Positions 1 through 8,995 of a stretch of 64,000 bases of DNA are shown here, in pieces. The stretch spans positions 303,679 to 367,678 of the forward strand of contig JADKIU010000007.1 of assembly GCA_016722565.1 (NCBI GenBank), in the 5' to 3' direction. The translations under genes and the position numbers were made by a program. Positions within the stretch are counted from its first letter, which is position 1; each line of letters opens with the position of its first letter. The notes beneath the pieces were generated by a model. That model saw only the letters and a list, made by a program, of their open reading frames with translations. It ran no database searches and was not told the origin of the DNA. The stretch comes from Bacteroidota bacterium. GTDB lineage: Bacteria; Bacteroidota; Bacteroidia; 2-12-FULL-35-15.

Positions 1-1158
1 GTTACTTCTTCACCGTATTGCCAATCATCAATGGTTCCGTTGGTGGAATACAACACCGTTTGCGGAGCTGTTCCATATGAATACTTATTATAGGTTGTTA
101 AATGTTTGGCATACTCTGAAAATTGCGCATAGTCAGGAGCAATCACCGCTGCATCGTAACCAAATGAATAAATCAACAAGTTACCAAACGTATGGTTGTT
201 TAACGACAACTTAAACGTATGTGCATTGCTAAAGTCTCTTAAGTTTTGTGATTCAGCTTCCGACCAAGCTGCAGTTCCGCGATACGCTTCTGAAAATCCG
301 CTTGGCGATGAACCAATATTATCATAGCCCCATTGATAGCCGTAGTTTCTGTTAATATCTACACCATACGAACCACCATTGTTTCTTCTGTTTTTTCTCC
401 ACATCCCGCCACCGGTTGGATCGGTTGTTTCATTACGAATGTATCCATCCGGATTCACCAATGGAATAAAATACATTTCTTCATTATTAACTAAGTATTG
501 TACTTCCGGATTGGTAGCATAATTCTCACATAAATAATACATGTACAAAATCAATTGTGAAACCGATGCAGGTTCACGTGCATGGTGTGCCGAATTATAA
601 AGAACCTCCGGCTCCGCTTCATCCACATTCGGATTATCTGAAATTTTCATCCAATACAATGGATTACCATTAATTGTATTGATAGGACCGATAGGCATCT
701 TTGCTTTTACCAAAGTAGGAAACAAAGTTGCTAAATTGTCCATGTGCCAGAGTATTTCGGCATAGGTAAAATATCCGCCCATACTTCCCAACGAAAAATT
801 TGTCGGTGTCGGATAGGTAGGTGGAACACTGCATCCAATCGACATAGTCGTAACCGGAGTGGTTTCGTTTTTAACTGTATTTTGATCTTTATAAAATTGT
901 TTTACATCTGCAATCAAAACATCATAGGTGAATCCCATTTCTTTTGCAATGGCAATTTCTGTTTCAGAAAAATCGGAGATAAACCAAAACCCTTTTTTCA
1001 TTTCGCCATGGTCCATTGCCAAACCGGCTTGTGCCAATTGGATAATACCCAACTCATCCGCATAAATTTTTACACGTGAATAGTTTTCTGTTTGAATGGA
1101 TTGTGCAAATGTTGGAGTTATACCCAACAATAAAAAGAATAGTAAAAATTTTTTCATT
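1..1158 (-). CDS. M14-family zinc carboxypeptidase, secreted. The window holds the N-terminal part; the C-terminus runs past the window start.
   Basis: The minus-strand frame is open from the ATG at 1156-1158 to position 1. It starts with an MKKFLLFFLLLGITPTFAQS signal peptide and contains NSAHHAREPAS (HxxE zinc-binding motif) and NRNYGY, both typical of M14 carboxypeptidases. It is missing from the ORF track because it is truncated. Confidence 0.7.
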
Positions 1159-1213
1159 AGAAATCAATTAGATGTATAACAAATCTAATGATATCCACCA
1201 TGAAAACCAAATA

Positions 1214-2269
1214 CTATCTTTCTCGTTTACTCGGAGCTATTTTCAAAGGATTAGAAGTAATCTCTTTGTAGAGTTTTCGTACTTTATAAATGTCGATGGC
1301 GGCATATATGGCTCTCCGAAACGATTCTTCTGAAGCAACATTTTTTCCGGCAATATCGTAAGCCGTGCCATGATCGGGAGAGGTTCTTACCACCGGCAAA
1401 CCGGCCGTAAAGTTGACACCCGAATTAAATGAAATAGTTTTGAATGGAATTAATCCCTGGTCGTGATACATGGCCAACACGGCATCAAAATTTTTGTAGG
1501 CTTCATTTCCGAAAAATCCATCCGCAGGATAAGCACCATACACCAACATGCCTTCTTCTTTCAATTGATTGATAGCTGGCAGAATAATATTTTTTTCTTC
1601 ATCGCCAATTACACCATTATCTCCCGCATGCGGATTTAAACCCAACACAGCAATCTTCGGTTTACGAATTTCAAAATCTTGAATCAACGATTGATTTAAT
1701 GCTCTTAGCTTTTTAACGATTTTTTCAGTTGTTAATTCTTGCGCCACTTTGGTAACAGGAATATGTCCGGTAACCACCGCAACACGCAATGTATTACTTA
1801 CCAAAAACATTAAACTATTTCCATTGCCAAATTTATCGTCTAGGTATTCGGTATGACCCGGAAATTTAAAATCTTCTGATTGGATATTTTCTTTATTGAT
1901 TGGTGCGGTAACCAATACATGCACTTTCCCTTGCGCCAATGCATAAGCCGCTGCTTCTAACGATTTAAATGCATACTTTCCGCCATCCGGAGTTTGTTTT
2001 CCCAATTCAATGTTTACGTCTTCCTCGTATACATTAATGAGGTTGGCGCGCTTATGATTTATTTCTGAAAAATCTTTTATCTGATTAAAACTAAAATCTT
2101 CGATGTTCAATGCCTTCCGATGAAAGCTTGCTGTTTTCATTGAACTGAAAACAACAGGAGTGCAGAGCTCAAGCATTTGTGGATCCAGAAATGTTTTGAT
2201 AATCACTTCCATTCCAATTCCATTGATATCACCTTGTGAAATTCCAACAATTATTTTTTCGTCTGACAT
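1214..2269 (-). CDS. pdxA: 4-hydroxythreonine-4-phosphate dehydrogenase
   Basis: 351 aa. Contains GLNPHAGDNG, TAPINKEN and PGHTEYL, and has the PdxA length and layout. Confidence 0.85.
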   Translation of the reverse strand: MSDEKIIVGISQGDINGIGMEVIIKTFLDPQMLELCTPVVFSSMKTASFHRKALNIEDFSFNQIKDFSEINHKRANLINVYEEDVNIELGKQTPDGGKYAFKSLEAAAYALAQGKVHVLVTAPINKENIQSEDFKFPGHTEYLDDKFGNGNSLMFLVSNTLRVAVVTGHIPVTKVAQELTTEKIVKKLRALNQSLIQDFEIRKPKIAVLGLNPHAGDNGVIGDEEKNIILPAINQLKEEGMLVYGAYPADGFFGNEAYKNFDAVLAMYHDQGLIPFKTISFNSGVNFTAGLPVVRTSPDHGTAYDIAGKNVASEESFRRAIYAAIDIYKVRKLYKEITSNPLKIAPSKRER

Positions 2270-2388
2270 TTTAAATAAATTATAAATTATAAGCTATGAA
2301 TTATAAATTAAAACAAAACTTATTGATGTAGTAAAGGTAATTGTTTATTGCTTGTGGAGAATACAATTTTCAATTTGTAATCTTAAAT

Positions 2389-3540
2389 TTATTCTTCCAC
2401 CCACCCCACAATATCACTCAAGTTGGTAATGTACAAGGTTGTCCATTTTTTGTTGGTTGTATTCCAAATCGCTACACCTTGCGGATAACGCTCTTCACCC
2501 ATCACGATTTCACTTTGAAAAGCAGCATATCCGCTCACCGTTTTTGCATTCTCCAAACGACACCATTTTTTACCAATCACTTCCAACTCATATAAAATGG
2601 ATCTGCCGTATTTCGGATTTTCATCCGCCTCTAAGAAAAAATTATTTCCAATCGGTTGGTTCACCAACTTGGTAACCATTTTCTTTTTTATATCAATCGC
2701 AAAACGACCTTTTCCACAGGCATACACAACACCTCCATCACTTGCAAATTCAAAAAACGCATTGGCTGCCGTTGCCGGAATTTCTGTTATCTCTCCAATT
2801 TTTTCTATTGAATGATTGATGTTCACTTTATAGATGGTTGCCGACTGCTGATTTTTTGAAAAGTTGGCATACAAAAAAGAAGTATTGTCCAGCCAAAAAA
2901 TCGGAAACTTACGTTTTACATCATCGCCCAACAAGGGCTGTGCTTCGCCAAACCCTGCATCTTTGACCAATACATCTTGTTTTCCGGAAACGGCATAGGC
3001 TGAAATACTAAATGGCTTCGTGGTTTCATCCACCTCCACATCCGGACGAGGCAGCGGATTGTAATTCGCATTCTCTACTTTCCCGAATTTTTCTGTTCTT
3101 AAATCCAAAACCGAATAATACTTTCCTTTAAAAATATCGTTGGTGCGAAAAACAATACTATCTCCTTTAAAAGCGATAAAATCTCCACGCTCTGCTACCA
3201 ATAATTTTTTTGTTTTGATATCAATTACATTTCCGATACTGGTTACCACGTATCGGTTGCGATAAATTCTGTTTTTACCTAAATCGAAACGAACATAATT
3301 TCCGGTAACACCGGCTTTTTGGGTGGGAAGGGAAATAACGGTTTCTTTCGAAACCATTGCTCCATCTACAAAATGATAATTCACTAAATGTTGCAAATTA
3401 TTTGCTGCGGCATTGTCATCATACTCGGCAACAAGAAGAGAAACCTTCCTGCCGGCAGGCAGACCTTCTTTTGGTGGCAATTGAAATGCTACAAAAAAAG
3501 CGAAAACACAAAAGAGAGCAGAGAGTTTGAGTAGTCGCAT
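2389..3540 (-). CDS. hypothetical secreted protein
   Basis: 383 aa with an N-terminal signal peptide (MRLLKLSALFCVFAFFVAF). I recognise no family. It sits between pdxA and pepA on the same strand. Confidence 0.6.
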   Translation of the reverse strand: MRLLKLSALFCVFAFFVAFQLPPKEGLPAGRKVSLLVAEYDDNAAANNLQHLVNYHFVDGAMVSKETVISLPTQKAGVTGNYVRFDLGKNRIYRNRYVVTSIGNVIDIKTKKLLVAERGDFIAFKGDSIVFRTNDIFKGKYYSVLDLRTEKFGKVENANYNPLPRPDVEVDETTKPFSISAYAVSGKQDVLVKDAGFGEAQPLLGDDVKRKFPIFWLDNTSFLYANFSKNQQSATIYKVNINHSIEKIGEITEIPATAANAFFEFASDGGVVYACGKGRFAIDIKKKMVTKLVNQPIGNNFFLEADENPKYGRSILYELEVIGKKWCRLENAKTVSGYAAFQSEIVMGEERYPQGVAIWNTTNKKWTTLYITNLSDIVGWVEE

Positions 3541-3549
3541 TAAAAAAGT

Positions 3550-4985
3550 TTATGCATTGTTTTTCAAATAGTCGAACAGCAGTCGAACTCCAACTCCTGT
3601 GCCACCTTTTACTCTGTAATTATCTTTACTGGTTAAAAAAGCCGGACCAGCAATATCAAAGTGCATCCAAGGGTAGTTGATGTAACGTGCTAAAAATTTT
3701 CCTGCAGTGATACTTCCGGCATACGGTCCACCTAAATTTTTCATATCCGCAATATCCGATTTGATTAATTCATCGTAATCATCCCAGAAAGGCATTTCTG
3801 CCAAACGCTCAAACACATTATTACCACTTTGTTTCAATTTTGTTTTGGTACGTTCATCGGCTGTTCCCATCGCTACAATACCGGATGTTCCGATTGCGGC
3901 AACTGCTGCGCCTGTTAAGGTAGCTAAGTCAATTACCAACTTCGGATTGTATTTTTGTGCATATGACAATGCATCCGCCAAAATCATTCGTCCTTCCGCA
4001 TCCGCATTTAACATCTCCACCGTCATTCCATTAAACATGGTGATGACATCTCCCGGAACATACGCATTTTCACCCGGACGATTATCTGTTGCAGGCACCA
4101 AACCAATAACATAAACCGGCAATTTCGCTTTCGCGATGGCATACAATGTTCCTGCAACTGCAGCAGAACCTGCCATGTCGCATTTCATCATGTCCATGCT
4201 GTTAGGTGTGGGTTTTAAACTTAATCCGCCGGTATCGTACACCACACCTTTACCAACCAAAATAATTGGTTGTTTATTTTTTGCATTGCGGGGTTTGTAT
4301 TCCATAATGCTGAAGGTAGGAGGCTCCATACTTCCTAAATTCACGGATAACAATCCGCCCATTTTTAAGGCTTTGATCTTTTCTTTATTAAACACCTCCA
4401 CATTAAATCCGGCCGACTTTCCTAACTTCTGAAATTCTTTTGACAGTTGTGTTGCCGTTAAAAAATTCACAGGCTCATTCACCAACGTACGTGAAATACA
4501 AGTTGCTTCTACCACAATGTTCAACTCTTCAACTTGTTTTGCATTTATACTTTTCGAAATAATTGAAATCGATTTTAACGAATGTGTTTCTTTGTCTTTG
4601 TCTTTTTTATATTTCAAAACTGATAGTTACTCAACGCCAAACCTTCTGCAAATGCTAAGGTTTCCAATACTTTCCCATCAGCATCCACAACAGTTACCGA
4701 CTCTTTTTTCGCATCTGTAATCCAGGTATGAATCGTGCTGGCTGCCTTGCGCAACAATTCTGCTGTTTGATATTTTTCTTTTTTCGCATCAATCAACTGC
4801 ACAATAAACAAGCGGTGAAGCTGATTAATGCAAACTGATTTTTTTTCGTGTTGATTAATTTCATTCTTGATGAAATCGATTTCTACTTTGGATAAACCAT
4901 AGTTGTTAAAACTATTATTCTTACCGCACAACAAAACAACGTTCTCATTGTTATTTAGTGTAGATTTTTTGGAGATATTCGTCAT
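3550..4985 (-). pseudogene. pepA: M17 leucyl aminopeptidase interrupted by a 1-nt deletion. The N-terminal domain ORF is 4614..4985 and the catalytic domain ORF is 3550..4617. This is either a real pseudogene or a homopolymer sequencing error.
   Basis: The C-terminal ORF has VGKGVVYDTGG and NADAEGRM, which match the M17 NTDAEGRL signature. The upstream ORF ends ...AEGLALSNYQF and then a TGA. The next frame continues (L)KYKKDKD from a TTG, which restores the conserved Y-x-F-x-x-Y-K linker. The two frames overlap in an A4 run at 4616-4619. Confidence 0.7.
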
Positions 4986-5088
4986 ATAATTTCTACTTTT
5001 GAGGAAGTAAATGTAATAAAAGAATTGAGAAATTCCGAACGAACCGACTACCGGCTAAAAAGCCAATTAAAACAATACTTCTAAGGGC

Positions 5089-6237
5089 ATGAATACAGAA
5101 CAATTATTAAAACGGGCATTAAATTTCGAATTTCTAACGCAAGAAGAAGGCGTTTATTTATTTAAACATGCACCTACTGCCGAATTGATATTTGTTGCCA
5201 ACGAACTTCGCAAAATTCAAAAACCGGATTCACTTCCCAATAATGGCAAACCGGGCAAAGTAACTTGGCAAATCGATCGAAATGTAAACACCACCAATGT
5301 ATGTACCGCCAATTGCAAATTCTGTAACTTTTATCGCATTCCCGGACATGCAGAATCGTATATCACCGACATTGAAACGTATAAAGTAAAAATTGATGAA
5401 ACGCTTAAATATGGTGGCGACCAACTGCTTTTGCAAGGCGGTCATCATCCCGATTTAGGATTGAAATTTTATGTCGATACGTTTTCTTCCATCAAAAAAA
5501 TATATCCAAAATTAAAGTTGCATGCACTGGGGCCACCGGAAATTGCACACATCACCAAGCTCGAAAAATCAACACATACGGAAGTATTAAAAGCATTGAA
5601 AGATGCGGGAATGGACAGTTTACCCGGAGCAGGAGCAGAAATATTGAACGACCGCGTACGCAGATTAATTTCAAAAGGAAAATGTACAGGCCGCGAATGG
5701 CTGGACGTAATGCGTGCTGCACATCAATTAAACATTACCACTTCCGCTACCATGATGTTCGGACATATCGAAACCATCGAAGAACGTTTTGAGCATTTGG
5801 TATGGATTCGTCAGGTACAAAGCGAAAAGCCAAAAGATGCAAAAGGTTTCTTAGCATTTATTCCTTGGCCGTTTATGGACGATGGTACTTTATTGAAACG
5901 TCACAAAGGAATCACCAACAATGTAAGCGGTGACGAATACATCCGCATGATAGCAATGAGTCGCATCATGTTACCAAACGTCATTAACATACAAGCAAGT
6001 TGGTTAACCGTAGGAAAAGATGTAGCAAAATTGTGTTTACATGCCGGAGCCAATGATTTTGGCAGCATCATGCTGGAAGAAAATGTGGTTTCAGCGGCAG
6101 GAGCACCTCACCGTTTTACCGCAAAAGGCATTCAGGATGCCATTAAAGAAGCCGGATTTGAACCACAATTGCGTACCCAACAATACGAATACCGTGAGTT
6201 ACCCGCAAACATGGTGGAACAAGTGATTAATTATTAA
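5089..6237 (+). CDS. radical SAM enzyme of the MqnC/MqnE/CofH family, probably from the futalosine menaquinone pathway
   Basis: 382 aa. It has the CxxxCxxC cluster CTANCKFCNF and KVTWQIDRNVNTTNVC, and the overall layout resembles dehypoxanthine futalosine cyclase or aminofutalosine synthase. Confidence 0.6.
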   Translation: MNTEQLLKRALNFEFLTQEEGVYLFKHAPTAELIFVANELRKIQKPDSLPNNGKPGKVTWQIDRNVNTTNVCTANCKFCNFYRIPGHAESYITDIETYKVKIDETLKYGGDQLLLQGGHHPDLGLKFYVDTFSSIKKIYPKLKLHALGPPEIAHITKLEKSTHTEVLKALKDAGMDSLPGAGAEILNDRVRRLISKGKCTGREWLDVMRAAHQLNITTSATMMFGHIETIEERFEHLVWIRQVQSEKPKDAKGFLAFIPWPFMDDGTLLKRHKGITNNVSGDEYIRMIAMSRIMLPNVINIQASWLTVGKDVAKLCLHAGANDFGSIMLEENVVSAAGAPHRFTAKGIQDAIKEAGFEPQLRTQQYEYRELPANMVEQVINY

Positions 6238-6290
6238 GAGAATCTCTAAAAAAAAGAAGGTGTGTTGATGAACACACCTTCTTCCATTTA

Positions 6291-7505
6291 CTATTTTACA
6301 ATCACATTTTTTATTGTCACCTCACCATTAATTGTTGCTTTCACACGATATGCTCCTTTGGGTTCTCCAGATAAATCAACAACTACATTATTTGAAGAAA
6401 TTGCTTTCTTGAGAACAGTCTTACCGGATATATTGAATACTTCAATCTCTCCTGAAACCTCAATTTGATTGATATCAATTATAAGTTTACCATCACTACT
6501 AGGGTTTGGATAAATTGTCATTTTACTCATTACCTCTTCTGAATTTGAATTCATACTCTTTGGGGGGCAACAGCTAAAACTCGCATACTTTGTTACTAAA
6601 ACATCATCCGTACTTGTAGTACAATCAGAACCGGAAACAGTAAGTGTATACGTTGTAAACGATGAAGTTGGAATCGCATTTGTTGTTGCGCAAGTTGAAC
6701 AGGCTAATCCGGTTGTAGGTGACCAGCTATAAGTAGACCCCGAAGCAGTAGTACCTATCGTAACACCAACGCAACCTCCTGAACAGCATGAACAAGTAAA
6801 CGACTTATCACTTCCTGCATTTGCCGCACAATTCATTGAAACATCATCAATTATAAAGTGTCGCAAATCACTATAATTTCCATCATTGCAAAATACATTA
6901 CAGCCCATCACAAGATAATAGGTGGTTGTAGAAGGAGCAGTCCAATCGTATTCAACTCGATAAAATCCACCGGCTACACTTGTCGATGAAGTTAATACTG
7001 TGCCCTGTGATCTAACATTCCCAAGAATTGCACTTGCAGAAGAGCCAACGGAAGTATTCACCATTGTAATACTAAAAAGATTCATTGGATCCCAGCCGGC
7101 AACTAACGTATTTACATAGGCTGTAATTCGATACGTTCTGCCTGAAGTTACTGAAACAGTCTGATAGATATACTCCGCACTTGCCGTAGAAGTAGGAGCA
7201 AAACCTCTATATTCAATATGCGCATAACCTGTACCTGTTCTCGCTGTGCTTACTTGACAAGACGATGTACCACCCGCTGTTGAATTAAAATAATCAGGCA
7301 AAGTGCTTGTCACATCTGTTGTTGAGTTACAATTTGAATATGGATATGAACTTTTTAAACCATACCAATTTGTCGCTTTCGTAATTGCATAGTTACTCGG
7401 ACACGTTGGAAGAGAGCTGTAGCTTTCAAATCCTCCATTTGAAATTTGTCCAGAAGCTACATTTATTATAATAAATGAGCCAATTAAAAAAAGAAACTTT
7501 TTCAT
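6291..7505 (-). CDS. T9SS cargo protein with a type-A CTD, Cys-rich, function unknown
   Basis: Signal peptide MKKFLFLIGSFIIINVASGQ and a C-terminal Por_Secre_tail-like region (IYPNPSSDGKLIIDINQ...AYRVKATINGEVTIKNVIVK). Confidence 0.7.
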   Translation of the reverse strand: MKKFLFLIGSFIIINVASGQISNGGFESYSSLPTCPSNYAITKATNWYGLKSSYPYSNCNSTTDVTSTLPDYFNSTAGGTSSCQVSTARTGTGYAHIEYRGFAPTSTASAEYIYQTVSVTSGRTYRITAYVNTLVAGWDPMNLFSITMVNTSVGSSASAILGNVRSQGTVLTSSTSVAGGFYRVEYDWTAPSTTTYYLVMGCNVFCNDGNYSDLRHFIIDDVSMNCAANAGSDKSFTCSCCSGGCVGVTIGTTASGSTYSWSPTTGLACSTCATTNAIPTSSFTTYTLTVSGSDCTTSTDDVLVTKYASFSCCPPKSMNSNSEEVMSKMTIYPNPSSDGKLIIDINQIEVSGEIEVFNISGKTVLKKAISSNNVVVDLSGEPKGAYRVKATINGEVTIKNVIVK

Positions 7506-7873
7506 GACATTAGGGTTTTAGTTAATACTATTTTATATTGCTAATTTCCAGAGAATTAGACAAAATTCCATGGACAAAACAATACGCCATCTTACATTAT
7601 GAAAAAGCGCGAAATCATTGATTTTTTAGCAAAAAAAAGCCCTTTTATCACATACACGAAAAACAATTATATCTAAAATACTGTTAATACGCTGGCAATT
7701 GAATGAGACCATCTGCTTCTTTAAATCGAATTAAATAAATATATTTCAGATATAGAGCTTCGTAGGAGCGGCATAATTTGTTTTGATAGCCTTTATTTCA
7801 GACATGTATACAATTCCTAAATTTAGTTTTGTTTTCCATTCTTTATTGGTCTAATTTTATAGAAAAAAACACC

Positions 7874-8959
7874 ATGAAAAAATTATTGATTTTCATTTTT
7901 CTGTCAATTTCTGCCTTTAGTTTCGCTAGCCATAATATGGGAGGAGATATTACCTATAGGTACATAGGAAGTGCTTCATTCCCTAACAGGTACGAAATCA
8001 TTGTAACGACTTATACAAAATGGTTAGATTCTACAAGTGTAGACAGATGTGAACTGAAGTTTATTTTTGGTGCTGGTGACAGTGCTCTTGTTGAGCGCGT
8101 TAATGGGCTTAGCGTTAATTGTCCATCGGCACATGACGGAGAATTAATCGGTGGATGCACAGGAAATGTAAGGATGAATCTCTATACAACTTCCCATGAT
8201 TTTCCTAGTAATGGAATTTATACAATATCGATTGAAGACTACAACAGAAGTTCAGGAATATGTAATCTCATTGATTCTGAAAACCAATCCTTTTTTTTGC
8301 AGACAGAACTAATTATCAATCCATTCTTGGGTAGCAATAATGCACCCGATTACACATCCATTCCTGTAATCTGTGTTGCAAATGGCATCATTTCTTACTA
8401 CAATCCATCAGCAATAGAACCCGATGGAGATAGTTTGTATTATGAATTGATTCCACCAATAGCTAATGGAGTATCGACTGTACTCTATGCTTATCCGCCA
8501 TCAAGCAGTTCGTTTAGCATAAACAATTTATCTGGAACAGTAACCTGGGATCATCCAATGGTGATTTGCTATTACATATTTGACATCCGTATTTCCGAAT
8601 GGAGAAAGATTTCTGGCACCTATTATCTGGTTGGGAAAACCATGCAGGAAGTCTGGGCAGAAGTATCGGTATTGGGTGGAATTAAAGAAAATAATCCAAG
8701 CGTTTCAATAACAGCATTTCCAAACCCATCTAGCGGTTTTATCAATTTCAAAATTGAGAGTGAAGACCAAAACTCGGAATACGAATTGAACATCAGTAAT
8801 TCGTTGGGACAAACCATTCAAACAATCGCAATAAAGAACAATTTAGCGACTTTAGATGAAGGTGAACTTTCAGCAGGAATGTATTTTTATAGCCTTACAA
8901 ACAAAAGAGCAATTGTAAACAAAGGGAAATTTGTTATTTTACAAGGTAATATGAAATAA
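7874..8959 (+). CDS. T9SS cargo protein with a type-A CTD. Its N-terminal module is paralogous to those at 8996 and 26257.
   Basis: The N-terminus (ASHNMGGDITYRYIG...DGDSLYYEL) is shared with the two type-B CTD proteins. The C-terminus (FPNPSSGFINFKIES...GMYFYSLTN) is a type-A sorting domain. The ATG at 7874 is in frame with track ORF 7829. Confidence 0.7.
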   Translation: MKKLLIFIFLSISAFSFASHNMGGDITYRYIGSASFPNRYEIIVTTYTKWLDSTSVDRCELKFIFGAGDSALVERVNGLSVNCPSAHDGELIGGCTGNVRMNLYTTSHDFPSNGIYTISIEDYNRSSGICNLIDSENQSFFLQTELIINPFLGSNNAPDYTSIPVICVANGIISYYNPSAIEPDGDSLYYELIPPIANGVSTVLYAYPPSSSSFSINNLSGTVTWDHPMVICYYIFDIRISEWRKISGTYYLVGKTMQEVWAEVSVLGGIKENNPSVSITAFPNPSSGFINFKIESEDQNSEYELNISNSLGQTIQTIAIKNNLATLDEGELSAGMYFYSLTNKRAIVNKGKFVILQGNMK

Positions 8960-8995
8960 AATCCCTAATTTAGAGTTCTTATTCTGAGGCACTTT

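Noticed and set aside
744-1079. Plus-strand ORF of 111 aa
   Set aside because: It lies entirely antisense to the well-supported M14 carboxypeptidase frame. It has low-complexity Cys/Arg composition and no start context.
4614-4985. Treating 4614..4985 and 3550..4617 as two separate genes
   Set aside because: The upstream ORF is exactly an M17 N-terminal domain. The downstream ORF is the catalytic domain, begins with a TTG and has no promoter gap. A one-base insertion restores the conserved linker. One frameshifted pepA is the simpler explanation.
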